Shown here in pieces: positions 46,682 to 55,920 of a stretch of 64,000 nucleotides of DNA. Below the pieces are notes generated by a model, which saw only the letters and a program-made list of their open reading frames with translations, was not told the origin of the DNA and searched no databases. Origin of the DNA: Candidatus Cloacimonadota bacterium (lineage in GTDB: Bacteria > Cloacimonadota > Cloacimonadia > Cloacimonadales > DAONDQ01); contig DAONDQ010000001.1 of assembly GCA_035402645.1 (NCBI GenBank), forward strand, positions 15,680 to 79,679, written 5' to 3'. Numbering within the stretch: position 1 is the first letter of the stretch; each line of letters opens with the position of its first letter. Made by a program: the position numbers and the translations under genes.

Positions 46682-47113
46682 CTACTCCTTACTTCCGGTA
46701 TTGATATCTGTCCATTCATCAATGCCGTAACCGTGGAATTTTGCTTCATTTTCGTCATAATAGACTTGTTTGCCTTCGCCAGCTGCAAAATCTGCTGTTG
46801 AAGTTGCTATATATTTGGTTGGGGGATTGCCGACAACTTCAAACGTCCAGTTCTTTGCAGTTGCATTACCGATCTTAGCATCTTTCAGTGCTTCGTCGAT
46901 CGAGTAGTTTTCTGTGCTGCCGTAGGTCTGCTGATAAACATCATATGCAGTACGAATTGAACGAAGAGCAGTCTGCGCTTCGGTTGAACGGGATTTCTCC
47001 ACATAACGAAGGTATCTTGGTACTGCGAATGCAGCCAAAATCGCAACGATGATAACAACCACCAAGATTTCAATCAATGTGAAGCCTTTTTGATTTTTCA
47101 TGTTTCTGAACAT
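46682..47113 (-). CDS. pilA: major type IV pilin (PilA-like)
   Basis: MFRNMKNQKG|FTLIEILVVVIIVAILAAFAVPRY. 143 aa and first gene of the operon. GGAGG SD. Confidence 0.8.
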   Translation of the reverse strand: MFRNMKNQKGFTLIEILVVVIIVAILAAFAVPRYLRYVEKSRSTEAQTALRSIRTAYDVYQQTYGSTENYSIDEALKDAKIGNATAKNWTFEVVGNPPTKYIATSTADFAAGEGKQVYYDENEAKFHGYGIDEWTDINTGSKE

Positions 47114-47149
47114 TATGTTCCTCCTGGATTTTTTTGCTCATTTTTAATA

Positions 47150-47166
47150 AAGCACATTGTGTGCCA
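47150..47166 (-). promoter_or_regulatory. candidate sigma-54 (-24/-12) promoter for pilA
   Basis: Minus strand TGGCACACAATGTGCTT compared with consensus TGGCAC-N5-TTGCW. GG-N10-GC spacing is correct. About 27 nt of leader before the SD. Confidence 0.4.
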
Positions 47167-47290
47167 ATCGCTCAAACTATTTTCATGGGGAAATACATAC
47201 TTTGCTGATAATGAATTTGCTTGACTGTTTTACCGCTCTACCGGACAAAGAAAAACGAATGTTTCTACATCTGTATCAAAAGGAGTTAAG

Positions 47291-49429
47291 ATGTTAAAAA
47301 AAGCACTCATACTGACATTGTCCTTCCTATTCTGTATTGCAACAATCGTTTTTGCCATACAATCGGTCAAACAAAAAAATAATAATCAGATTAAAAATGG
47401 AAAGGCAAAAACAGTCAATGTAAAAAAATCAACTGTCCAATCCGTAACTCCAGATACCACTGCAACTAAAAAAAGCAGTCCCATTGTAGCCGATTATAAA
47501 GGCGGAGTCATTACCAGAGCAGACGTTGAAGAAAGAATTGCCAAAATCCCCGCACAATATCAACCACAATACCAGACAACCCAAGGTATGGGTAAGATCC
47601 TCGACATGATGGCAACTGAAGTTGTTTTCTATCAGAAAGCCCTGAAAGAAGGTTTAGATAAGGATCCGACTCTTATCCAGAAGATGAATGATGGCTTAAA
47701 GCCTTTATTCATGCAGGAATATTATCAGCGTAACATCCAGAAACGTGTTCAGATATCACCAGCCGATAAGGAAACTTATTACAATCAGAACAAGAAGAAA
47801 TATTTTGATAGCCCGAACACGACCATCGCATATCTCCAAACTTCCGATAAGAAGGATGCAGACAAGGCAATTGCTGCTCTCAGGAAAGGCATGTCTTTTG
47901 CTGAAGCGGTGAAGGAATTCTCCACCAACAAATATTCCAAGGAATTACAGGGAAAGATCAAGAATATCCGCTCCAACGGTTATATCCCGGGTGTTGGAAA
48001 TGATACTGGTCTTGATTCCCTGATCACTTCTGCGGTTGCAGATTCAACCACTCTTTACGGTCCATATCAGACATCCAATGGATTTCATATTTTCAAGGTG
48101 ATGTCCCGTGTTCCAGGCAGACAAAAGACATTTGAAGAAGTGGCTGGTGACATCGAAAATAAAATTCGCCCCACCAAGGAAAATGATCTGACCAAATTCG
48201 TCGTAGACAGCCTGAAAACTGTGTATCAGATCAAGATCAATAATTCTGTTCTGGACTCTCTGAATCAAAAGAACGATAAGCTCAGCAATGATCTGATGAA
48301 CCAAAAACTGGTCACCTCCAACGACCCTTCCCTTGATTTGACAGCGAAGGACTTTCTCGATATCATGAAATCCCTGTCTCCCCAAGAACAAATGATGTTT
48401 ACGAAAGGATCTGGAAAGACACAATTCCTTGATCAGGTTCTCACACGTAATCTATTCGCTGCTGAAGCAAAAAGACTCAATTATGACAAGTTGCTCGCAA
48501 ATACGGATAATTACATCCAGACCAAGCGTTATGTGCTTCTTCAGCAAATCTATACCGATCTTGTGCTGAATGCGATCAAGATCACTAATGAAGACAAACA
48601 ACAGTACTATAACCAAAACAAGGAACTGTTTGCGATTCAGCCGAATCGTAAGATTCAACAACTGACCTTCCTCAAGGAAGATGAAGCAAAGAAAATGAGA
48701 ACCAAATACGTTGGTCTTCTGAAAAAGCACAAGAATGACGCTATCCTCGATATGATCCGTAAGTCATCAACCAAACCTGAACAGGATGGTAACATCGATA
48801 ATATCTATCGTAATAACATCATTCCCGGAATCGGTACCGATTCCACTTATAGCCAAATGGTTTGGAAAACCCCATTGAATGAAACAAGCCCTGTCTTCAA
48901 GAACAGCAAAGGCAACTTTGTTTTCCTGACAGTCCTTGCTGATAATCCGATAACCTATCGTTCCTTTAACGAAGTCGAACCACGAATTGAGCTGGCTTTG
49001 AAGAAAGATAAGGAAAAAGAAAAGAGAGATAGTGTTACCCAGGATCTGAAGACTGAATTCAACTTCAAGGAATATCCTGAAAGACTTGAAGTCACACGCA
49101 CTGCAAAAGAGTACTTTGACATGGCTGATACCGCAGCCCGTAACCAAAAATACTCTGATGCCATCTCCAGTTATGATGAGATCATCAAACGTTATGCGAA
49201 TGGTACAGATGATTATAAGGCAATGTTCATGAAGGGATTCCTGTTGGCAGAAGAAATGAAGAAAACTGATGAAGCCGTCAAAGTCTTCGAAACTTTCCTG
49301 TCTAAATACAAGCAGGGTGAATTGAATGAATCAGCAAAATACATGTTGGATGAATTGAAAAACGGTACCGCTAACGAAGAAATCCCAATCAAGAATCAAG
49401 ATACTGGCAGCTCCGACGATAAGGAGTAA
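47291..49429 (+). CDS. PpiD/SurA-like peptidyl-prolyl isomerase with a C-terminal TPR-like region
   Basis: N-terminal TM/signal anchor. Parvulin motif SNGFHIFKV. SurA_N-like chaperone segments. Confidence 0.7.
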   Translation: MLKKALILTLSFLFCIATIVFAIQSVKQKNNNQIKNGKAKTVNVKKSTVQSVTPDTTATKKSSPIVADYKGGVITRADVEERIAKIPAQYQPQYQTTQGMGKILDMMATEVVFYQKALKEGLDKDPTLIQKMNDGLKPLFMQEYYQRNIQKRVQISPADKETYYNQNKKKYFDSPNTTIAYLQTSDKKDADKAIAALRKGMSFAEAVKEFSTNKYSKELQGKIKNIRSNGYIPGVGNDTGLDSLITSAVADSTTLYGPYQTSNGFHIFKVMSRVPGRQKTFEEVAGDIENKIRPTKENDLTKFVVDSLKTVYQIKINNSVLDSLNQKNDKLSNDLMNQKLVTSNDPSLDLTAKDFLDIMKSLSPQEQMMFTKGSGKTQFLDQVLTRNLFAAEAKRLNYDKLLANTDNYIQTKRYVLLQQIYTDLVLNAIKITNEDKQQYYNQNKELFAIQPNRKIQQLTFLKEDEAKKMRTKYVGLLKKHKNDAILDMIRKSSTKPEQDGNIDNIYRNNIIPGIGTDSTYSQMVWKTPLNETSPVFKNSKGNFVFLTVLADNPITYRSFNEVEPRIELALKKDKEKEKRDSVTQDLKTEFNFKEYPERLEVTRTAKEYFDMADTAARNQKYSDAISSYDEIIKRYANGTDDYKAMFMKGFLLAEEMKKTDEAVKVFETFLSKYKQGELNESAKYMLDELKNGTANEEIPIKNQDTGSSDDKE

Positions 49430-49445
49430 TCCTACATAAATCATG

Positions 49446-49476
49446 AAAAACCGCATCTCCGGATGCGGTTTTTTAT
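49446..49476 (+). terminator. rho-independent terminator
   Basis: AAAAACCGCATC-TCCG-GATGCGGTTTTTTAT, 17 nt after the stop. Confidence 0.8.
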
Positions 49477-49561
49477 TATCGTTTACTTTTGATTATCAAT
49501 TGTAAACTCTGTAAACACTTTGCGAATATTCATTTCTAAAATACATGATGATGAGAGCTTC

Positions 49562-50269
49562 TTAAATGACAGAAAATTCAAGCCTGGCTTTTCTCTGCTG
49601 CCAATCGGGCATTACCCTTGATAACTTACGATAAAATCCGGTATTATGCTTCGGGTGGAAGATATGGCATAACTCGTGTACAATGATATAATCGATACAA
49701 ACCATCGGTGTCTTGATCAATTCAGTATTGAATAAAATCCTATTCCCCGTGCAGCTGCCCCATCGCTTTTGCATTTTTCGAAAAGTCAGAACCGGTTCCT
49801 CTTCCAAGGTATTTTCAAACTGCTGATAATACACCCGGAACCTTTCGGAAATTCTTCTGACAGCTTGTTTCCGATACCAGCCGTGCATGAGTTTGCGGAC
49901 CCTTTCCTTATTATTTATATCTGTTAGTTCTACGATAAACCACTTCCCGAGTAATCGAACCCTATTATGGGTGGATTCCACCTTTTTCAATCTATATTGC
50001 CTTCCCAAATAATAGAACGTTTCCCCGCTTTCATACCGGTGTTCAACAGGTAATGGGAAGAACTGCTCGAAGTAATGTCTTTTCTTGCGGATAAGGAGTG
50101 CCTTCTTATCAAGGACACTCGTGATATTTTCCCAGGTAATGGATACATTTCCCCTGAACTCGATTGATAGATCAGGCTTAATGAAGATGCTGCTTGTTTT
50201 CCTTGAACTCAGGACCACATTGATCTCAATCACTTGGTCATCGAGTACCCATTCACGTTTATAATTCAT
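49562..50269 (-). CDS. DUF45/YgjP-like zinc metallopeptidase
   Basis: HELCHIFHPKH (HExxH) near the C-terminus. 4-nt overlap with the hsdR stop. Confidence 0.75.
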   Translation of the reverse strand: MNYKREWVLDDQVIEINVVLSSRKTSSIFIKPDLSIEFRGNVSITWENITSVLDKKALLIRKKRHYFEQFFPLPVEHRYESGETFYYLGRQYRLKKVESTHNRVRLLGKWFIVELTDINNKERVRKLMHGWYRKQAVRRISERFRVYYQQFENTLEEEPVLTFRKMQKRWGSCTGNRILFNTELIKTPMVCIDYIIVHELCHIFHPKHNTGFYRKLSRVMPDWQQRKARLEFSVI

Positions 50270-53200
50270 GGTCTTCTATGCTGCGCTATACTGATGCATT
50301 GATCAAGGATTTCATCGATCTTATCGAAATCAGGTTTCACCTCGTATTCCTGCATCTCCTCATAGATACGGTCTTCCATATCGATCTTCATTTTGTTCTG
50401 AACATCGATATTGTTCGCCCAGTCCACAATTCTATCTTTTTCTATGATCTTATCAATTTCCAAAGCCATCTTTGCCAAGACATCATTCTTATTCGGCAAA
50501 TCTATGGAACTCAAAGATTTATTGATCGCTCCAAAATATGCCTTCGCCACATCATTTTCCGCAAGAACAGAAGGTGTATCATCTCCTGTCCTGCTTATGA
50601 TATTCTTCATGATATCCGATACTTTCTTAAGATAATCGAGAGCATTGATTCGCCCTTCCCTGAAAGCCTTAATCGTATCATCGAGAAGCTCAGAGAACTT
50701 CCTGTAAAAAATCGGATCATTATCCATTCGGGTCTGAATTTCCAACTTTGTCCTATGTGCGATGGTATCAGCCTTTGCAGTATCGGAGTGTAACTGCTCC
50801 ACTTCATCCTTGAAGGCATCGTCGAAGATATTGACCAAATTCGTTATAGGTACGGCAGGATTGGCTTTCACGTATGTATTCAGGAGATCCTGGATTTTCT
50901 TCTCATAATCACTGAACTTGATTTTCTCTGCATATCTCTGTGCTACGGACGATTTCAGTTTCTGGAAAAACTGATTGTCATTCTGGTATTGCATCACCTT
51001 TTGATTGTCCGTTGTCAGGTAGAAATCCTCGCTGGACGTAGCAATCATCAAAGCCCTGCTGTAAGCGGAAAGTCTTTCATAGAATTGCTCCCGAAGTGCC
51101 TTATCACCCAATAGCAGTTCAAATTCCTCTTCATCTGCAGGATTATTTATGGTTTTGAATGTATCCCAGAGAATGGTATGTTTTTCAGGAAGCTTTGCCG
51201 TCTCCACTTTGATATCACTCAATAAGCAGGCAATGTCTGCCTCATCGAATTCCGGTAACTTCGAATATAGGTCAAGAGCGTTATTCAACCCTTCCAGAAT
51301 ACCATAATAGTCTATAATAAAGCCAAAATCCTTTTCATCATACAGACGATTCACACGCGCAATAGCTTGCAGCAAGGTATGATCCTTCAGGTTTCTCGTC
51401 AGGTATAGTACCGTATTCAGTGGCGCATCAAAACCTGTCAGCAGTTTATCCACGACAATGATGATCTCAGGTGTATCGGAATACTTGAAGGCATTGATGA
51501 TTTGTTTGTTATATTGCTTTTCATCTCCAAAGCGCTTCATCATATGTTGCCAGAAGGGAATTATTTCATTTGCATTGGGACTCTCGATATCTGTTTCACC
51601 TTCTCTGTCATCCGGTCCTGATATAAGAACTTCTGTGCTCACTTTACCGAATTCATCCAGAAACTTCTTATACTTGAGTGCAGTTGGTCTATCATTTGCA
51701 ACCAACTGCCCCTTGAAACCGGAGTTCTGAAAATAGGTTGAGTAATGAATCCCAATATCCCATGCAATGGCTTTGACTGTTTCATCGGTTTTCTGGATTT
51801 GATCGGTGGTGGAATACTTCCTTTTCAAATCGGCTTTCTGTTCTTTGGTCAGATTAGCCGTTACTGCTTCAAACCATCTGTCTATGCCTTCCTTTTGAAC
51901 TTCCTGGATAACATGCCTACCCTCATAAAGCAGGGGTACTACCGCTTTGTCTTTCACAGCTTCCTGCATGGTATAGGTATTGATGAGTCCCCCGAATTTC
52001 ATCAGCGTGTTCTTCTCACCCTTCATGATGGGTGTGCCTGTAAAACCTATATAACAGGCATTGGGGAGAACTCTTTTCAGTTTGGCATGCAATCTTCCAA
52101 ATTGGGCACGGTGACTCTCATCCACCAATACAAATATATCAGGCGATGAGTTGATCACATCCTGTGCATTCAGGGCTACATCGAATTTATTGATGATAGC
52201 AGTAATGATGGTTGCCTTGTTCTGCTCGATCAGCCTTGCCAGGTGCGCTCCTGAACGGGCTTGCTCCGGCTCCTTCCCGCAGGCTCTGAAAGTATCATAT
52301 ATCTGGTCATCCAAATCCACTCTATCCGTCACCAGCACGATCCTGTAATTGGGAATATCGGGCGACAGCACCAGGCATTTTGCCAGCATGACCATGGTAA
52401 GTGATTTACCGCTGCCTTGCGTATGCCAGACCACTCCGCCTTTTCTCTTTTTATTGTCACCTGACAGGCGAATACGTTCCAAGATCGTTTGCACACAAAA
52501 ATACTGCTGATACCTGGCGATCTTCTTTTCACCCCCATCATAGAGAATGAACTTGTATGTCAGCTCCAGCAGTCTTTCAGGACGGCACAGGGAATAAAGC
52601 ATCCTGTCCTGTTCCGTAACCAGGTTCTCAGAGCATGACTCGATGACATTCCGGATATGGGCGTCATTGCCATAAGCAGCAATGATCCTGGTGGTTTCAC
52701 TTTCCAGCAGCACTTTTTGTTTGACTGCCTGTGCTTCGGTATCCACTTCCTCACGCCAGATTGCCCAGAACTTCGCTGAAGTTCCACACGTTGCATACAT
52801 CGCTTCATTCTTGGATAGTACCATCAGCATCTGGCTGTAATGAAACAACCTGGGTATCTCATCGTTCTTCTGGTTTCGTATCTGCTGACTTATCGCCTGA
52901 TCCATGGGATCTTTGATGGATGGACTCTTGCATTCTATCACCACCAGGGGGATACCGTTTACAAACAGGACAATATCCGGTCTCCTGGTTTCATAACTAC
53001 CTGTCCTTTCCACGGCAAATTCTTCCGTAACCTGGTAGATATTGTTCTTCGGCTGCTTCCAATCGATGTAATTCATCCAGAAGCTTTTCAGGTCTCCTTC
53101 CACGATCTGGGGCAGGCTTTTCCCAAGTGAAAGCAAATCGAATATCCTCTCGTTCGTTCGAATCAAACCCTCATAGGATATCTCCTTGAGCGTTTCCACT

Positions 53201-53430
53201 GCGGAAATGATATTGCTTTCTGAAAAAGGCTGTTCCTTTCCCCTGTATTCAATCCTGTTATGCTCCCGCAACCACGGAATCAACACATCTTCCAGTAATA
53301 CGGCTGACTGCTTGCTCCCCCTCAATTTGTTGACTTCCACCGGACTGAGATATTCCCAACCCAATTTCTGCAAATACAACAATGCCGGAATCTTCGACAA
53401 ACAGTCTTCATCAAACCTTAGATACGCCAT
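50266..53430 (-). CDS. hsdR: Type I restriction endonuclease subunit R
   Basis: HTQGSGKSLTMV (motif I) and FVLVDESHRAQ (DEAH-type motif II). N-terminal nuclease region and ~1050 aa. Confidence 0.9.
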   Translation of the reverse strand: MAYLRFDEDCLSKIPALLYLQKLGWEYLSPVEVNKLRGSKQSAVLLEDVLIPWLREHNRIEYRGKEQPFSESNIISAVETLKEISYEGLIRTNERIFDLLSLGKSLPQIVEGDLKSFWMNYIDWKQPKNNIYQVTEEFAVERTGSYETRRPDIVLFVNGIPLVVIECKSPSIKDPMDQAISQQIRNQKNDEIPRLFHYSQMLMVLSKNEAMYATCGTSAKFWAIWREEVDTEAQAVKQKVLLESETTRIIAAYGNDAHIRNVIESCSENLVTEQDRMLYSLCRPERLLELTYKFILYDGGEKKIARYQQYFCVQTILERIRLSGDNKKRKGGVVWHTQGSGKSLTMVMLAKCLVLSPDIPNYRIVLVTDRVDLDDQIYDTFRACGKEPEQARSGAHLARLIEQNKATIITAIINKFDVALNAQDVINSSPDIFVLVDESHRAQFGRLHAKLKRVLPNACYIGFTGTPIMKGEKNTLMKFGGLINTYTMQEAVKDKAVVPLLYEGRHVIQEVQKEGIDRWFEAVTANLTKEQKADLKRKYSTTDQIQKTDETVKAIAWDIGIHYSTYFQNSGFKGQLVANDRPTALKYKKFLDEFGKVSTEVLISGPDDREGETDIESPNANEIIPFWQHMMKRFGDEKQYNKQIINAFKYSDTPEIIIVVDKLLTGFDAPLNTVLYLTRNLKDHTLLQAIARVNRLYDEKDFGFIIDYYGILEGLNNALDLYSKLPEFDEADIACLLSDIKVETAKLPEKHTILWDTFKTINNPADEEEFELLLGDKALREQFYERLSAYSRALMIATSSEDFYLTTDNQKVMQYQNDNQFFQKLKSSVAQRYAEKIKFSDYEKKIQDLLNTYVKANPAVPITNLVNIFDDAFKDEVEQLHSDTAKADTIAHRTKLEIQTRMDNDPIFYRKFSELLDDTIKAFREGRINALDYLKKVSDIMKNIISRTGDDTPSVLAENDVAKAYFGAINKSLSSIDLPNKNDVLAKMALEIDKIIEKDRIVDWANNIDVQNKMKIDMEDRIYEEMQEYEVKPDFDKIDEILDQCISIAQHRRP

Positions 53431-53473
53431 GCTGCTCCTTCATTCCCGATCTGAGATCGGGAACAAATTCCTT

Positions 53474-53710
53474 TTACTTCTTATCCTTCGGTGGACATGG
53501 ATCATTCCCATGACTGTCCGGGTTTTGTATCTTTCCGTCTTTGCCATGTATAACGAGTTCAGTACCCTGGTTTATGCTGATTTGCCTTCCGGCTTTCTCA
53601 GCTTCTGCCTTTGTATCAAAATGTCCACTGGCACGTTCCGCATTGTTACGTTTTACGTCCCAGCCACCATTCCGGTTAGGTACAACATGATGTTGATTGT
53701 TAGCCATCAT
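53474..53710 (-). CDS. DUF2188-like small protein
   Basis: GGWDVKR...FDTKAEAEKAGRQIS...ELVIHGKDGKIQ...HGNDPCPPKD matches my recollection of the DUF2188 pattern. A GGAGG SD overlaps the end of the upstream gene. Confidence 0.65.
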   Translation of the reverse strand: MMANNQHHVVPNRNGGWDVKRNNAERASGHFDTKAEAEKAGRQISINQGTELVIHGKDGKIQNPDSHGNDPCPPKDKK

Positions 53711-53716
53711 ATCCTC

Positions 53717-54208
53717 CTATTTGATTTTAACAATAACAGCTATAACGATTATGAGAACAAAGACTGCCATAAAAACAAATGGAATTATTTGCTCCAATTT
53801 CGTTACAGGTATATAAGTTCTATTATTTTCTCCTGCATCCAAAGCTTCCCATTCTGCCGTAAACAACTTAAGAGGTAAATAGTGTTCAATTTCATGAATC
53901 ACTTTGAAATGACCCGATGATATTTGCTTATAGGAGTTCAATATGGCTTTCCACAGAAAGCAGTTTACAATCCCTACAAGAGAAAGCCCTGCAATTATCC
54001 AGGAAGAGATGCACTTTTCAATCATGATCCCAATCAGTGCAATAAAGCCTGTGTTCAAAGTAATGAACCAATTAACTAATTGTTGTCTTCTCTGGTGCAT
54101 CCTATCTGTCATTTCAACAAACAACTTATACTGATCATAAAGATCTTTATGATAAAGTTCTTTATCATAATAATCTTTTTCAGCTTTACCCATTAGTTTC
54201 TTTAACAT
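53717..54208 (-). CDS. small 3-TM membrane protein (SLATT-like candidate effector)
   Basis: ~40-aa charged N-terminal helix (YDQYKLFVEMTDRMHQRRQQ). TM hairpin WFITLNTGFIALIGIMI / WIIAGLSLVGIVNCFLW. C-terminal TM segment IIPFVFMAVFVLIIVIAVIV. 10-nt gap after the TIR-like gene. Confidence 0.6.
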   Translation of the reverse strand: MLKKLMGKAEKDYYDKELYHKDLYDQYKLFVEMTDRMHQRRQQLVNWFITLNTGFIALIGIMIEKCISSWIIAGLSLVGIVNCFLWKAILNSYKQISSGHFKVIHEIEHYLPLKLFTAEWEALDAGENNRTYIPVTKLEQIIPFVFMAVFVLIIVIAVIVKIK

Positions 54209-54218
54209 TGATTTACCC

Positions 54219-54605
54219 TTATGTTAGTTCTCTAATTGCTTGAACAATAGATTCTGTGTTCCAGTTGACTGTTTTATCAGCATATTTCGTTAATGAACTT
54301 GATAATTGATTACCCCATGGTTTAATTGCTAGTATTGGTTTTCCATTCGCTATAGCGATGTTGATTTCTTTTATTATTGAATTACTATAGGATGCATATA
54401 CGCCAGCAATCAGTATCACAATATTAGACCATTTGATACTGTTTTCGATTTCTTCCCATACCTTTTTGTTGTTGCCTGAAACAGGATTATCTTCTGGTAT
54501 AGAATAATTCCTAAAATCAAAGTAATTTCTCTCTTCTAGTAAACCGACAAGATCCTCATAGTGTTTGCTATAGTCCCAACTATGGCTAATAAAGATGTTT
54601 GGCAT
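54219..54605 (-). CDS. TIR-like domain protein (DUF1863 / ThsB-like)
   Basis: IFISHSWDY start, then SNIVILIAGVYASYSNSIIKEINIA and GKPILAIKPW, which is the layout of MTH538-type TIR-like domains. 128 aa. GGAGGAAAA SD. Confidence 0.65.
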   Translation of the reverse strand: MPNIFISHSWDYSKHYEDLVGLLEERNYFDFRNYSIPEDNPVSGNNKKVWEEIENSIKWSNIVILIAGVYASYSNSIIKEINIAIANGKPILAIKPWGNQLSSSLTKYADKTVNWNTESIVQAIRELT

Positions 54606-54615
54606 TTTTCCTCCG

Positions 54616-55905
54616 TTACTTAAAAAACAGAGACATTAGTCCCAGTTTTTGGTTTTGTAATTTGTTTTTTGTCTGAGATAGATTCTCAGTTTCCTTATCG
54701 TAGTAGTATAATATTTGTGCGATTTTCTTTTGTTCTTCAACATGAGGTATTAATAACATTACATTCTCGATATCCCCCTTTGCCAGACCAAATCTGGTTA
54801 CCCCGTTAGCCTTTTTTGAAAAATAGTCTTTTACTGCTTTGCTTTTCAATGCGTTAAAAAGATACAAGGGATAAACATTGTCTGAATTTGATCTTATTAT
54901 TGCTAAATGGTATCCACAAACTAAATTAGATACATCTTTCCCGATATAAGCAGGGATTCCAATATCGTCTGCTGTTTCAGAGTCTTTTGTAATGATGATA
55001 TCTTTTTCATGTATTGAAAACTTCTTGATTTCGTCTTCAGAAGCAGTAGCTGTCATAAATAGTATTTTATCATCAATGTAGTTATTCTGGTACACATCAA
55101 GATAGTTACATAAAAGCACTTTCTTTTGATTAGGATATGTCTTTTTATCTACATTGCTCACAACAATCTGGGAAATATCCTTTAACTGTGTCCTCTCCCA
55201 CCCCTCGGGTAGCTCACCAGCTTGAGAGACAGGCTTTCCGAAGCCCGGGAAACGGATTTGCCCTGTGAGCAATTTCTGCATAAGTGTTTTTTTAAAAGTC
55301 TGCTTTGCTTCGATAAGCTTCTCGAGCTTCTCTATGGCTTGATCCCATGTAAGAAGGATCAACGAAAGTTTTCTCTGATCCTGCACGTTCTTAGGAATAT
55401 TGAGTTCCATATTTCTAATGGAAGGTAGAGTTAATCCAAATCTTGTTGCACCAGTTGCATACTTACGATATCTCTTATGTATGCTCATATTCCATAAATA
55501 ATACATAAGAAATAATGGATCTATAATTTGTTGATTAGGTCTTAATAGAGCTAAATGATAACCACAAATAAGGAAAGGAACTTCTTCGATTATCAGAGAC
55601 GGAACACCAATATCATCTGGTGATTCTGAGTCTTTCGTAATAACTACATCTCCTTGTTTAAGACAGTATTTTGTGATTTCACTTTCTGATGCGGATGATT
55701 GCATGAAATTCAAAGTTCTGTTTATAAAACGATTCCTATACACATCAATATAGTTACATAGTAGTACTATTTTCTGAGCAACATACTCTTTCTTATCTAC
55801 ATTACTTACTTTGATATCTGCTATCTGTGAAAGTTGCTTAGTAATCCTTCCATCAGTATTCATTATGATATCAACTTTATCCAATTGCGTGTTATTTATT
55901 GTCAT
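54616..55905 (-). CDS. hsdS: Type I restriction-modification specificity subunit S (full length, two TRDs)
   Basis: Two variable target-recognition halves, each followed by a conserved helical spacer (IPKNVQDQRKLSLIL...; IPHVEEQKKIAQILYYYD...). Confidence 0.85.
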   Translation of the reverse strand: MTINNTQLDKVDIIMNTDGRITKQLSQIADIKVSNVDKKEYVAQKIVLLCNYIDVYRNRFINRTLNFMQSSASESEITKYCLKQGDVVITKDSESPDDIGVPSLIIEEVPFLICGYHLALLRPNQQIIDPLFLMYYLWNMSIHKRYRKYATGATRFGLTLPSIRNMELNIPKNVQDQRKLSLILLTWDQAIEKLEKLIEAKQTFKKTLMQKLLTGQIRFPGFGKPVSQAGELPEGWERTQLKDISQIVVSNVDKKTYPNQKKVLLCNYLDVYQNNYIDDKILFMTATASEDEIKKFSIHEKDIIITKDSETADDIGIPAYIGKDVSNLVCGYHLAIIRSNSDNVYPLYLFNALKSKAVKDYFSKKANGVTRFGLAKGDIENVMLLIPHVEEQKKIAQILYYYDKETENLSQTKNKLQNQKLGLMSLFFK

Positions 55906-55920
55906 CAGCTCTCCGGTCCT

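Noticed and set aside
50278-50793. 171-aa plus-strand ORF at the 3' end of hsdR
   Set aside because: It is antisense to hsdR, is Ile/Phe/Leu-rich as expected from reverse reading of an AT-rich gene, and has no ribosome-binding site.
53186-53878. 230-aa plus-strand ORF spanning the hsdR start, the DUF2188 gene and the 3-TM gene
   Set aside because: It is antisense to three tightly coupled minus-strand genes with good SD sequences. Its protein is hydrophobic and low-complexity with no recognisable motif, and it crosses intergenic gaps, which is improbable for a real gene.
53717-54605. Calling the TIR-like/TM pair a canonical Thoeris system (type I or II)
   Set aside because: No ThsA-like SIR2, SLOG or Macro domain can fit in the 163-aa membrane protein. 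I therefore describe it only as Thoeris-like and as a candidate new variant.
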